Shown piece after piece: positions 38,627 through 47,580 of a stretch of 64,000 nt of DNA (its first letter is position 1; every line of letters begins with the position of its first letter). A program made the position numbers and the translations under genes. Below the pieces are notes generated by a model, which was given only the letters and a program-made list of their open reading frames with translations, was not told the DNA's origin and did not search any database. Source of the stretch: Acidobacteriota bacterium (GTDB taxonomy: Bacteria; Acidobacteriota; UBA6911; RPQK01; DATIPO01); contig DATIPO010000203.1 of assembly GCA_035471925.1 (NCBI GenBank), positions 15,426-79,425 of the forward strand, written 5' to 3'.

Positions 38627-39679
38627 TCACTCGCTGGAAGAGCGGATCCCGGGAAGATGGCCGAAGACTTCTCGAAAGCGCGCCGAACATCGAAAAGAGA
38701 CTCGATCGCCGTCGTTTCCCGGAATGAGGAAACAAGCCGCGATGCCGCGCTCCTGGGCCCATTTCGAGCCCTGATCCGTTCCCATCACGTAGAGAGCGGT
38801 GGAGAGAACGTCGGACGCCAGCCCGCTTTGGTGCCACACCACCGTCGATCCCCGAAAGGACACGGGCCTGCCCGTGCGCGGATCGATGATGTGGGAGACG
38901 GCCTCCCCGTCCACGGTCAGATCGCGCTCAGAGCCACCGCTGACGGCCAAAGAGCCGGCCGCCAGCTTAAGTGCAGTGAGGGTCTGCTGCCGGTGGCGGG
39001 GATGGGCAACCCGGACGTCCCAGTCCAGGCCTCGGGGAGGGTTGCCCCACACCCCGATCTGCCCCCCCAGGTCGGCCATCCAGCCCTTCAGGCCCAGCTT
39101 TTGGGAGTGGGCGAAGGCCCGGTCGAGGGCTTCTCCCTTGCCGAAGGCGCCGGCGTCGATGAGCACCTCACGCTCTTTGGCCACGGTACAGGCCTGGGGA
39201 TCGAAGCGAATGTGCCGGAGTCCGCTGGCCTGCAAGGCCGCCTCCAGTTCGGGGGCTTGGGCCAGATGTCCTCGGCCGCGGATGTCCCAGGCTTCGAGGA
39301 GGCGTCCGATGAAGGGGTCAAAAGCGCCCCCGGTCTCGTAATGCCAGCGGCGCAGTTCCTCGAAAAGCCGGCAGAGTCCTGGATGGAGGGCCAAGGGCTG
39401 AAAGAGTGGTTGCTGGTTGAGGAGGCTGAGACGGCTATTGGGGCGCCAAGTGCTCAGCTCGCCCTCGCTTGCCTCCAGCAGGGTCAACAAGCTTTCAAGT
39501 CCCCTGATGGCGGACTCGCGATCGGCAGCCACGGCCGCCAGACGGCAGCGCGTCCCCATCAGATAGACTTGCCGTTCCACCACTACTTGGGGCCCCTCGC
39601 GGCCTCCCTGGGCGGCCGGCTGCGAGGCGAGAAATCCGATGCTGATCCAGGTCAGGACTAAGGCAGAGGATAAGCGCAT
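38627..39679 (-). CDS. apbE: FAD:protein FMN transferase (ApbE family flavin transferase), secreted or lipoprotein
   Basis: ApbE motifs (GGAFDPFIGRLLEAWDI; IDAGAFGKGEALDRA; SVSGGSERD). Start at MRLSSALVLTWISIGFLAS. The ORF-track extension to 40105 was rejected because it overlaps the upstream gene. Confidence 0.75.
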   Translation of the reverse strand: MRLSSALVLTWISIGFLASQPAAQGGREGPQVVVERQVYLMGTRCRLAAVAADRESAIRGLESLLTLLEASEGELSTWRPNSRLSLLNQQPLFQPLALHPGLCRLFEELRRWHYETGGAFDPFIGRLLEAWDIRGRGHLAQAPELEAALQASGLRHIRFDPQACTVAKEREVLIDAGAFGKGEALDRAFAHSQKLGLKGWMADLGGQIGVWGNPPRGLDWDVRVAHPRHRQQTLTALKLAAGSLAVSGGSERDLTVDGEAVSHIIDPRTGRPVSFRGSTVVWHQSGLASDVLSTALYVMGTDQGSKWAQERGIAACFLIPGNDGDRVSFRCSARFREVFGHLPGIRSSSE

Positions 39680-39696
39680 TGTTTGAGCCCACCCGC

Positions 39697-40176
39697 TCAG
39701 GCCGCAATGGCCTTGTTTCCCCGGCGGGAGCTGTGCTTGAGGTTCGAGGCCGGACGCCAGTTGCGCAGACCTACGATGAGGTGGACCAAGTAGACCAGCG
39801 CGAACAGTCCGCCGCTGACCAGGTGGACGATCAGAGCCGCCTGCAGGACCGTTTCCTGAGTGACCACTTGAAGGGCGTATCCGCTGATGGCCATGAGGGG
39901 GAAAACCAGCAGGCTGGCCAATCCGCTGCGGCGTCCCTGGGGCTGCCCGTTCCGCAGCTTGCGCATGACGTGGCTGTTGAAGAAGACCCCGAAGACGAAG
40001 AGCAGCAGGGGCGAAAACAAAATGTGGCCGTGCAGCATCAGGTTCTGCCAGGGATGGTTGATGATGCTGAAAGGATCTTCGCTCTCCAGCAGATACTTCA
40101 TCCAAAAGTAGAGGACGCCGGTGGCCGTCACGCCCAATGTCAGCAAATGGAGAGACCAGCGGTAAAAGCTTTTCAT
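39697..40176 (-). CDS. small 4-TM membrane protein with conserved His residues (DUF4405-like, candidate b-type haem-binding electron-transfer subunit)
   Basis: 159 aa, four hydrophobic helices with His in or near them (HLLTLGV..., HPWQNLMLHGHILF..., NSHVMRK, HLVSGGLFALVYLVHLIVG). AGGAGG RBS. ATGA overlap with the upstream FMN-binding gene. Confidence 0.5.
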   Translation of the reverse strand: MKSFYRWSLHLLTLGVTATGVLYFWMKYLLESEDPFSIINHPWQNLMLHGHILFSPLLLFVFGVFFNSHVMRKLRNGQPQGRRSGLASLLVFPLMAISGYALQVVTQETVLQAALIVHLVSGGLFALVYLVHLIVGLRNWRPASNLKHSSRRGNKAIAA

Positions 40177-40790
40177 CGGCCTCCTCCTTTTCCGGGCGCG
40201 GGTCGGCCCGGCTCCTGCCGCAGGACCTGATCGATGGCCATGACCCTGCGGACGGCCCGGTTGACAGCCCGCGCCGTCAAGGTGGCGCCGGCCAGCGGAC
40301 GGATGTCGCGGTTGAGGTTGAGGTCGCCCTTCAGTGCTTTGCCGTGATACTGACGCCGCCATTCCTCGGGCGCTTCATATTCGGGCGGTTCCAGGAAGGC
40401 CGTTGTTTCAATCCGTTTCAGTGTGCCGTCGGCGTTCAGGCAGATCAGCAGAGATTCCTTCTTGGTGCGCACCACGTGGGTGTCGACGTAGGCCCGTCCG
40501 ACTTGCTGGCCGTCGCGGGAGGCCAGGTAGCGGGCGATCAGCGCGGTAGGTACCTCCACGCCCGCTATCTCTGCGGCCTGGTTCTGTTGGTCTTGGCTCA
40601 GGAAAACCCGCTCTGACCTGAATTCGGCCTGGGGATAGGCGGCCTTCAAAGCTTCCTGGCGGCTGATGGCAGCCCATGCCGGAAGCCAAGCCGTCAGCAG
40701 GACGGCAGCCAGGGCCGCCGTCCGCCGAAGGACATTGGGACGGACGGCTTCCCCGTCCTGTGGCTGTCGGAATGGGCTTTCGGCTTTCAA
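40173..40790 (-). CDS. FMN-binding domain protein (FMN_bind, RnfG/NqrC-like) carrying the ApbE flavinylation motif
   Basis: C-terminal DIRPLAGATLTARAVNRAVRRV matches the D-x-x-S/T-G-A-T-L/I-T-S/A flavinylation and FMN_bind signature. Start set at TTG 40790 (GGGAGA RBS), giving a signal-like MKAESP...RRTAALAAVLLTAWLPAWAA. The ATG at 40865 would overlap the porin gene by 53 bp. Confidence 0.65.
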   Translation of the reverse strand: MKAESPFRQPQDGEAVRPNVLRRTAALAAVLLTAWLPAWAAISRQEALKAAYPQAEFRSERVFLSQDQQNQAAEIAGVEVPTALIARYLASRDGQQVGRAYVDTHVVRTKKESLLICLNADGTLKRIETTAFLEPPEYEAPEEWRRQYHGKALKGDLNLNRDIRPLAGATLTARAVNRAVRRVMAIDQVLRQEPGRPAPGKGGGR

Positions 40791-40812
40791 GTCGTTGTGT
40801 CTCCCGATTCGA

Positions 40813-42246
40813 TCAGAAGGAGTATCCCAACGCCACGTTGAACTGGTTAACTCCCGTGTCGGCATCGTTGCTGATCCACTGATAATCGGCCTTGAGGACG
40901 ACGTTGTAGATCGGCTTGTACTCCAGGCCCAGGGTGTTGAAGACGCGTTCGCGGGAAGGATCAGGCAGGAATCCCGCTAAGACCTCGTCCTGCGTGTCCA
41001 GGAACTCGAAGCGGTAGTAAGGCATGAGGCTGGCGGTCTCGTTGAACTCGTTGAGCACGTTGTAGCCCACATGAAAATAGCCGCCCTGCATGCTTTCGGC
41101 CACCGAATCGTCGCCGCTCAGTCCCAGGAACTGATTGAGCTCCACTGCGTCGTCGATGCTCGACTTGGCGTAGAGGCCGCGTATGTCGAATCCCCTCAAC
41201 TGGACCTGTCCGTGCAACTCGCCGATAGTGGTGGCCACGTCGAAGTCTTGCCCTTCCAGGACGATCTCCCCTTGTCCCGAACCGCCACGGTAAATGGAGC
41301 CTCCGAAGAAGATTCCCGGGGTGGGGTTGACGTCGAGGCGTCCTACAAAGGCCAGGTTGTCGGCCCGGGCTTCGGAGCCCTTCTGGCGTCCGCCGCGGAA
41401 ACCGTTGGAACTGAACTGGCTGGCGCGGAGTCCGTTGACCACGTAGGCGCGGTAGTCGAAGATCCCCGCCGAGCCGTGGAAGCCGAAGCCGTTCTCCCGC
41501 CATGTGGTGGGAATGATGCGCTGCTCTACGACGGGACGGCGGGCGCCCACGAAAACGTTGGGCTCGTGGAATTCGTTGACCAGCCCCATGGGAACCAGCA
41601 GAATGCCCCCTCGCAGATTGAAGCTTTCGTGGGCAAGATAGTCGATGTAGGCGAATTCCACCGAAACGCTGCCTTCGACGTCGGTCGACCCATGTTCGAC
41701 TTCGATCTCTGAGTTGAAGAGGAACTTGTCGTTGAAGCGGTAGCCGGCATAGAGGATGGCCCGCAAAAAGTCGAGTCGCGTGGTCTGGTCGACGTCTTCA
41801 CCCGACTCGTTTTCATTGGCGAAGTTCTCATAGAGCATCTCGCCGTATCCGGCCAAGGCCACGCCCCGCCTCTTGCGGTAGACCGATGCGGCCGAGGGAG
41901 CGATGCCCAAGGACTTGGCGTCCTCGTTCGTGACCACTAACTCCTCTTCGCCGCTGCGTACCTTCTCAAGCTCTTCGGCCAGGACGTCGACTTGACGGCG
42001 CAGTTCATCGACGTCCACCGTCATTTCATCAGCGGGTTTTTTCTCAGCTTCTTTCTGGTCCTGCTTTTTCTCTTGCTTCTCGGCGGATTCCTCCTCTTGC
42101 TGCTTCTCTTCCAGCCGTTTGAGGCGCTTCTCGATTTCTTCCAGCTTCTTCAAAACCTCCTGATTGAGGTCCTGGCCTTGAAGGGTGACCGGAGCCGCCA
42201 AGAAAAGGGCGGCGATACAGACCGTTACAATCCACTTTCTTGCCAT
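40813..42246 (-). CDS. outer-membrane beta-barrel porin with N-terminal coiled-coil (phosphate-selective porin O/P-like family)
   Basis: Signal peptide MARKWIVTVCIAALFLAAPVTLQG, Lys/Glu coiled-coil, alternating beta-strand pattern, C-terminal ...VALGYSF (terminal Phe). Confidence 0.65.
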   Translation of the reverse strand: MARKWIVTVCIAALFLAAPVTLQGQDLNQEVLKKLEEIEKRLKRLEEKQQEEESAEKQEKKQDQKEAEKKPADEMTVDVDELRRQVDVLAEELEKVRSGEEELVVTNEDAKSLGIAPSAASVYRKRRGVALAGYGEMLYENFANENESGEDVDQTTRLDFLRAILYAGYRFNDKFLFNSEIEVEHGSTDVEGSVSVEFAYIDYLAHESFNLRGGILLVPMGLVNEFHEPNVFVGARRPVVEQRIIPTTWRENGFGFHGSAGIFDYRAYVVNGLRASQFSSNGFRGGRQKGSEARADNLAFVGRLDVNPTPGIFFGGSIYRGGSGQGEIVLEGQDFDVATTIGELHGQVQLRGFDIRGLYAKSSIDDAVELNQFLGLSGDDSVAESMQGGYFHVGYNVLNEFNETASLMPYYRFEFLDTQDEVLAGFLPDPSRERVFNTLGLEYKPIYNVVLKADYQWISNDADTGVNQFNVALGYSF

Positions 42247-42457
42247 GATTCAAGTGTTCCTTTCCGGAAAACGGCGAATTGACTCCCTTCTGAGGACGGG
42301 CCTATACTGGAAGCACGTGAAATTTTGGGTTGAGACCGTTTCACGTTGGGGCGCGTCATGTTCCAGGCGCGTCCCTTTTCTTATCCACCGCTCGTCTAGA
42401 ATTTCTGGCCTTTCGGCCTTCCTGCGAAGACGCATAAAAGCGCCCTCGTTTTTTTGT

Positions 42458-42480
42458 TGTTGAGAATCATTCTCAACAAG
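42458..42480. promoter_or_regulatory. perfect 23-bp palindrome TTGTTGAGAAT-C-ATTCTCAACAA; candidate Fur-family (Zur/Fur-like) operator
   Basis: An 11-1-11 perfect inverted repeat in the divergent intergenic region between the porin (start 42246, minus strand) and tandem ZIP metal transporters (start 42725, plus strand). Core TGAGAATCATTCTCA resembles 7-1-7 Fur-family boxes. Confidence 0.5.
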
Positions 42481-42724
42481 ACGGGCCAAAGGGTACTAGC
42501 TTGGTCCCATTTATGTCAAGCCCCTTTATGGAGAAGCGGGTGCCCCTTCTTTCCAGCGGCCACGAGGAATCGGTCGAGGGGGCTTGAGGCGGGCTCAGTC
42601 GCTCTTTTTCTGAGCTCCTCCGGGCTACCCATGAGGCCAGCGATTGCGGGCCGATGGGGCCTGTCAGGGCTGTTTGACGGCTGAGGGCTCTTTTCCATTC
42701 GAGGCCGCTTTGTTAAATAATGAA

Positions 42725-43477
42725 CAGATGGATCAGCAACCGGTCCTTGTCGTGCTCTTGTACAGTGGTTTGGCGGCTGCATTCGCCAGCCTGGGCGCTT
42801 TGCCCTTTTTGCGGCGGGGCGGGCCTGGACGTTTTTCCATCGGGTCGGCCTACAGTTTCGCCTCCGGTCTCATGCTGGGGGCCGGATACCTTCTGATGAG
42901 CGAAGCGTTGGTTCACGGCAAGGCCGACCTCGTCGTCGTCGGCGCAGCCTTGGGTGTGGGATTCACCTGGTGGACGCAATCTTACGCCGGCACCGAGGAA
43001 CTGCGGCGCGATGCCCAAGCCAAGCCCGACCGTCCGGAATACGGGTATAAGATCCTGCTTCAGAACGCCCTGCATTCTGCTGCTGAGGGCGTGGCCATTG
43101 GAGCCTCCATGGCCTACGATCTTGGTCTCGGCGTTTTCATCGCTTTAGCCTTAGCCGTTCACAATGTCGGCGAGGCCACGGCTTTGACTTCGCTCTTGAC
43201 GCAGCGAGGAGTCACGGTGCGCCAGTCGGCTGGACTGTGTGTTTCGGTCAAGACGCCTCAGGCGGTTTTCGCCATCACCGCCTTCGCCCTTACTTCGGCT
43301 CTCCGCCCCTGGCTGCCTCTGGCTTTGGGATTGGCGGCCGGAGCCATGGTTTACCTGGTCATTTCGGAATTGTTGCCTTCCTCATACAAGCGCGCCCCCA
43401 AGTCGGCGGTGGCCTTGTTGGTGAGCATCAGCGCGGGAGCCGTGATACTGCTCAGGTCGTTCTTCATGGCGTCCTGA
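42725..43477 (+). CDS. ZIP family divalent-metal (zinc) transporter
   Basis: Eight TM helices; HSAAEGVAIG and HNVGEATAL metal-binding motifs typical of ZupT/ZIP. Confidence 0.7.
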   Translation, partial: QMDQQPVLVVLLYSGLAAAFASLGALPFLRRGGPGRFSIGSAYSFASGLMLGAGYLLMSEALVHGKADLVVVGAALGVGFTWWTQSYAGTEELRRDAQAKPDRPEYGYKILLQNALHSAAEGVAIGASMAYDLGLGVFIALALAVHNVGEATALTSLLTQRGVTVRQSAGLCVSVKTPQAVFAITAFALTSALRPWLPLALGLAAGAMVYLVISELLPSSYKRAPKSAVALLVSISAGAVILLRSFFMAS

Positions 43478-43499
43478 GGGGTGTTGGGAGGATCCGATC

Positions 43500-44231
43500 A
43501 TGTACTACGAACTTGGGATCGTTTTCCTGGCTGGACTGATCACCGCCGTGGCAACCGGACTCGGTGCCATCCCCTTCGCCTTCATGCGTACGGTATCGGG
43601 ACGCACCCTGGGGCTGGCTAACGGAGTGGCTTCCGGACTCATGCTGGGCGCCAGCTTCGGACTCTTCAGCGAAGGCAGCGTCTACGGACTGTGGCAGACT
43701 GTGGCGGGCGCGGCCGTGGGAGTGGCCTTCGTGTTTTTCGGCGAGCGCTTTTTGCAGGACAAGGAGGTCGAATTCGGCGACATCCGGGGCGCGGGAGCCC
43801 GGCGCATCCTGCTCATCATCGCCATCATGACGCTGCATTCCTTCTCAGAGGGCGTTGCCGTCGGCGTCAGTTTCGGGGGCGGTGAGAAGCTGGCGGCGTT
43901 GATCACCATCGCCATCGCCGTCCACAACATCCCTGAAGGGCTGGCCATCAGCGCCGTGATGCGTCCCCGCGGCAGCAGCGTGTGGGCGTGTGCCGGGTGG
44001 AGCGTCTTTTCCTCCCTTCCCCAGCCCCTGATGGCGGTTCCGGCGTTTGCCTTCGTCGAGGCTTTCCGAGCCGTTCTTCCCTACGGACTGGGCTTCGCGG
44101 CCGGCGCCATGGTCTACATGGTGTTTCTGGAACTCCTGCCGGAGGCCTTCGAAGAGGCCAATCCCAGCCGGGTGGGCTTGTTGGTCAGTTTGACTTTAGG
44201 GGCCATGATCCTCTTCCAGAAATACCTGTAA
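43500..44231 (+). CDS. ZIP family divalent-metal (zinc) transporter, tandem paralog
   Basis: HSFSEGVAVG and HNIPEGLAIS motifs, ZupT-like. Confidence 0.7.
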   Translation: MYYELGIVFLAGLITAVATGLGAIPFAFMRTVSGRTLGLANGVASGLMLGASFGLFSEGSVYGLWQTVAGAAVGVAFVFFGERFLQDKEVEFGDIRGAGARRILLIIAIMTLHSFSEGVAVGVSFGGGEKLAALITIAIAVHNIPEGLAISAVMRPRGSSVWACAGWSVFSSLPQPLMAVPAFAFVEAFRAVLPYGLGFAAGAMVYMVFLELLPEAFEEANPSRVGLLVSLTLGAMILFQKYL

Positions 44232-44260
44232 GATGGTTCACTCACGAAGGGAGCGGGGGC

Positions 44261-44689
44261 ATGCACTGGGGCGGGGAAGCGGCTTGGGGACTGGCGGCGG
44301 GAGTTGCACTGGCGCTTCTCGTCTATTGGGTGGTCCGCGGACGCTCCTGGCGGGGACGCCGCAGGCTCTTCATGTGGGTGGTGGCACTGACTCACCTGCC
44401 TTATTTGGCCTTCGCCTTGATCTGGCGGCCTCCGGCTCTGGGACATGAGGCGCTGATCCTGATTCCCTTCCTGGCGGCGGCGCTGGCAGGCGGACGTTGG
44501 ATGCCCCTCTTGCTGGGACTGGGACTAGCGGCTCACAGCCTGGTCGACATCTTCCATCCGCTTCAGGACGGCCCGGCCTATGCGCCCCATTGGTACCGCT
44601 GGGCCTGCATTTCATTTGACTGGCTGCTGGGCGGCTACGCCCTTTGGGCGCTGCGCGACTCCAGCCACTCGATCAGTTCACCCAGGTGA
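44261..44689 (+). CDS. hypothetical membrane protein
   Basis: About 142 aa, 4 predicted TM helices, GAAGGGA RBS. No recognised family. Confidence 0.4.
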   Translation: MHWGGEAAWGLAAGVALALLVYWVVRGRSWRGRRRLFMWVVALTHLPYLAFALIWRPPALGHEALILIPFLAAALAGGRWMPLLLGLGLAAHSLVDIFHPLQDGPAYAPHWYRWACISFDWLLGGYALWALRDSSHSISSPR

Positions 44690-45351
44690 GCAATCTCGTG
44701 GTAGTCGGCTTGTCGTACCTTGTCCTCATCGGCCATCTCGTTGACCCAGGTGTCGTGGTAAGGAACGTGCAGCGCATGTCCGCCGATGGAGAGCACCGGC
44801 AAGATGTCGGACTTGAGCGAATTGCCCACCATCAAGAAGCGCTCGGGAGCCAAGCTGTAGCGGCGCAGGATGGTGCGGTAGGTGTCAGGCGCTTTCTCGC
44901 TGACGATTTCCACATGTTCGAAGAAATCGGCCAGCCCTGAGCGTGCCACTTTGGCTTCCTGATCGAAGAGGTCTCCCTTGGTGATGATCATCAGGGGGAT
45001 GCCTCCGTGCAGCCGGCGAATGGTCTCTTCGACGTGCGGCAGCAAGTCGATGGGGGCTTTGAGCATGGCTTTGCCGAACTCGAGAATGCGTTCGATTTCG
45101 CTGCCCGACACCCGGCCCTCGCTCATCTCGATGGCGGTCTCGATCATGGAGAGGGTGTAGCCTTTGACGCCGTATCCAAAGATCTCCAGGTTGCGGCGCT
45201 CGGTTTCGATCAGGCGCTGTGCAATCCAATCGGGATCCTTATAGGCCGACAGCATTTCCCCGAAGCGTTCTTCGGTTTGGGTGAAGAGGTCGAGGTTGCG
45301 CCAAAGCGTGTCGTCGGCGTCAAAAGCGATGATGTCGAAGCGCTGGTTCAT
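44635..45351 (-). CDS. HAD-superfamily hydrolase
   Basis: DIIAFDADDTLW (the DxDx[T/V] motif I); motif III/IV region ...MVGNSLKSDILP. Confidence 0.65.
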   Translation of the reverse strand: MNQRFDIIAFDADDTLWRNLDLFTQTEERFGEMLSAYKDPDWIAQRLIETERRNLEIFGYGVKGYTLSMIETAIEMSEGRVSGSEIERILEFGKAMLKAPIDLLPHVEETIRRLHGGIPLMIITKGDLFDQEAKVARSGLADFFEHVEIVSEKAPDTYRTILRRYSLAPERFLMVGNSLKSDILPVLSIGGHALHVPYHDTWVNEMADEDKVRQADYHEIAHLGELIEWLESRSAQRA

Positions 45352-45367
45352 TCCGGTTGCGGACTCC

Positions 45368-46045
45368 TCAGGGGGCTTTCCAGATGGGTCCCAACGAGGG
45401 ATAGAGTTCGATGGAGGGCTCGTTGCGGGGCGGCTGCACGGCCACATTCAACTGAGGACGGGCGTTGGGCGCGAAAAAGGTCAGCGCCGGACGGCCCTGC
45501 TGGTCGAGCACCAGCGCGGCCCGGGAGTTGTTGGCCTGGTCCTTGAGAAAGAACTGGGGACGTCCTTCCTCGTCCACCAACAGCGCCAGCCGGTCGTCGC
45601 CGTCGCCGTCGCGCATGCGCAGCATGGGATAGTCGTTGTCGGCCACGCCCAGCCGCGAACGGATGGTGCCCTGCTGGTCATGCAGCGTCACATTGGGCGT
45701 CCCGTCGGGAAAGATGGCCAGTCCTACGCGGATGGCGCCTTCCCGACTGCGCAGAGCCAGGCCGGGACTTCCGTCGGGCAGCAATCCCAAGATGGCCCGG
45801 GCGTTTCCGTCGCGGTCGTAGAGGTAGATGCTGCTGCGGCCTTCCTCATCGGCCTCCAGGCGCATGCGCAAATTGCCCAGTTCGTCCACCAGTTCAAGCT
45901 GGCGGAGGCGCAGGGTCTGATCGGCGTCCTGCCCCTGTTGACGGGCCCAGGCTCCCTGGGGAACCATGATCCAGCAGACTGCTGCGCTGACCACCACCGC
46001 CGTCAGGGCGGTAAACACCATCGACTTCAACTGACGTGCATCCAT
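45368..46045 (-). CDS. membrane-anchored or secreted protein with ~23-residue periodic repeats
   Basis: N-terminal hydrophobic helix, then more than 5 repeats of D..G..R..LGL/ALL..D..G.P... spacing. Start ATG at 46045; the ORF-track extension to 46849 overlaps the permease gene on the same strand and was rejected. Confidence 0.45.
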   Translation of the reverse strand: MDARQLKSMVFTALTAVVVSAAVCWIMVPQGAWARQQGQDADQTLRLRQLELVDELGNLRMRLEADEEGRSSIYLYDRDGNARAILGLLPDGSPGLALRSREGAIRVGLAIFPDGTPNVTLHDQQGTIRSRLGVADNDYPMLRMRDGDGDDRLALLVDEEGRPQFFLKDQANNSRAALVLDQQGRPALTFFAPNARPQLNVAVQPPRNEPSIELYPSLGPIWKAP

Positions 46046-46155
46046 AGGCTGGGTCCCTTTCCGTTCTCGGCTCGCCTGCCGCGTTTTACAAGAAGTCATC
46101 TTAGCATTCCGGTATGCCTGCCCACAGGCCGCGACGGGTTGCCGCTTCGGCTGGC

Positions 46156-47430
46156 TCACAGACGCAATGAGATGCCCAAGATCCAAGGCAGGAGTAATCC
46201 GCAGACGAGGGTCAGCAGCAGGGCTCCCAGGAGGTTCAGGACCAAGCCCGCAGCGGCGAAGCGCCAGATGGAAAGATGGCGGATTTCTCCGAAGGCCAAG
46301 CTGTTCACGGGTGTGGCGATGGGCGACATGAAAGCGCAGGTGGAGGCCATTCCCACTCCCACGAAAAGCGGCAGCGGGTGCAATCCGAAAGCTGGGGCCA
46401 GTGCGGCGGCACTGGTCATGAAGACGGTGGCCACGAGGGTGTTGCTGAGGACTTCGGTCAGGAAGATGGTGGCTGCGATGAGCAGGAACAGGGTGGCCAA
46501 GGCAGGCGCGTCCTGAGGGATGTTGCCCGAAAGCCAATCGGTCATCTGCTGGTCGAAGCCGCTGGCTTCGGCCCACCGTGCCGTGAGGGCGAAAAAAACG
46601 CCCACGGCGGCTACCAGCGCCAGGCCTTTCCAGGGAAGCCGCGCCCACAGGTCTCGGACGTCGAGCAGAGAGCCGGGCAGGCTCAGCAGGCGACGTCCCG
46701 CCGCAGGCCAGAAGAGCAACAGCATGAAGAGGCTTCCTCCGGCCAACGCCGACAGGTTGAGGAACACCATCCAGGCGGTCCGGTCGCGGAGCGCAAAGCC
46801 GGCCACCGCCAAGAAGGCCGAGAAGAGCAGAATCGATCCCGCTGCCCAAGCGGCGGCCCGCATGTTTTGGTCAAGGACGGGCACCTCGGGAGGCGGAGCG
46901 TCCAAGCGCAGGCGTGCCCGCCGGAAGGCCGCCATTCCCAGCAGCCAGCCGGCCAAGTCCAACGCCAGTACCAAGGGCAGTCCCCAGGCCATCCAGGTGA
47001 GGAATCCGACTTGATCGCCGGCTGGAACCTGGAAGACCTCTAAGAAGAACAGCAACAGCAGGTTGGCCGGAGAGCCGATGACTGAGGCATTGCCGCCGAT
47101 GTTGGATCCCCAGATCAGCGAACAGGCCAGATAGGTGGTCAGTTGGCGGCGTTCGCGAGGACCGGCGTCCTGGGGCATCAGGCGTTCGATCAGGAGGAGG
47201 ACCGCCGGCAGCAATGTCAAGGTGGTGATGACGTTAGGAATGAAGGACGAAAGCAGCGAAGCTCCCAACAGGAGACACAGGGAAATCAGCGGCAAACTGC
47301 GATGCACGCGCCGGATCAGCCCCAGGACGATCCACTCCGCCAGCCCGCTTCGCACGAAGAGGCGGGAGACCAGGAAACCCAGGACGAAGATGACGATGAT
47401 CTGTATTCGGTCACCCGCCAAAAATCCCAT
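46156..47430 (-). CDS. anion permease of the ArsB/NhaD (DASS/SLC13-like) superfamily
   Basis: About 12 TM helices; ...SNIGGNASVIGSPANLL... and ...MSPIATPVNSLAFG... hairpin motifs. Confidence 0.6.
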   Translation of the reverse strand: MGFLAGDRIQIIVIFVLGFLVSRLFVRSGLAEWIVLGLIRRVHRSLPLISLCLLLGASLLSSFIPNVITTLTLLPAVLLLIERLMPQDAGPRERRQLTTYLACSLIWGSNIGGNASVIGSPANLLLLFFLEVFQVPAGDQVGFLTWMAWGLPLVLALDLAGWLLGMAAFRRARLRLDAPPPEVPVLDQNMRAAAWAAGSILLFSAFLAVAGFALRDRTAWMVFLNLSALAGGSLFMLLLFWPAAGRRLLSLPGSLLDVRDLWARLPWKGLALVAAVGVFFALTARWAEASGFDQQMTDWLSGNIPQDAPALATLFLLIAATIFLTEVLSNTLVATVFMTSAAALAPAFGLHPLPLFVGVGMASTCAFMSPIATPVNSLAFGEIRHLSIWRFAAAGLVLNLLGALLLTLVCGLLLPWILGISLRL

Positions 47431-47540
47431 GGAGCGAATATCTTAGCCCATGTGGGCGGCTTGAAGCGCTCCTGCCCAGATGCTAAAATTTCACTCGTAC
47501 GACTATGCATTTAGCAAGGCGGAACCCTCCTCCGCTGTTA

Positions 47541-47555
47541 CTTGATTTTGTCAAG
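47541..47555. promoter_or_regulatory. 5-5-5 palindrome CTTGA-TTTTG-TCAAG immediately upstream of paaA (candidate PaaR/PaaX-type operator or promoter element)
   Basis: Lies 26 bp upstream of the paaA GTG start. Confidence 0.3.
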
Positions 47556-47580
47556 TGGACATAGATAAGGAAACCCAATC

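Noticed and set aside
38627-40105. 492-aa version of the ApbE ORF
   Set aside because: The N-terminal 140 codons are Pro/Arg/Gly-rich and overlap the upstream membrane-protein gene in another frame. The ApbE homology and signal peptide begin at the internal ATG 39679.
45368-46849. 493-aa version of the repeat-protein ORF
   Set aside because: Its 5' portion overlaps the SLC13-like permease gene on the same strand in a different frame. Start moved to the ATG at 46045, preceded by the hydrophobic N-terminus.
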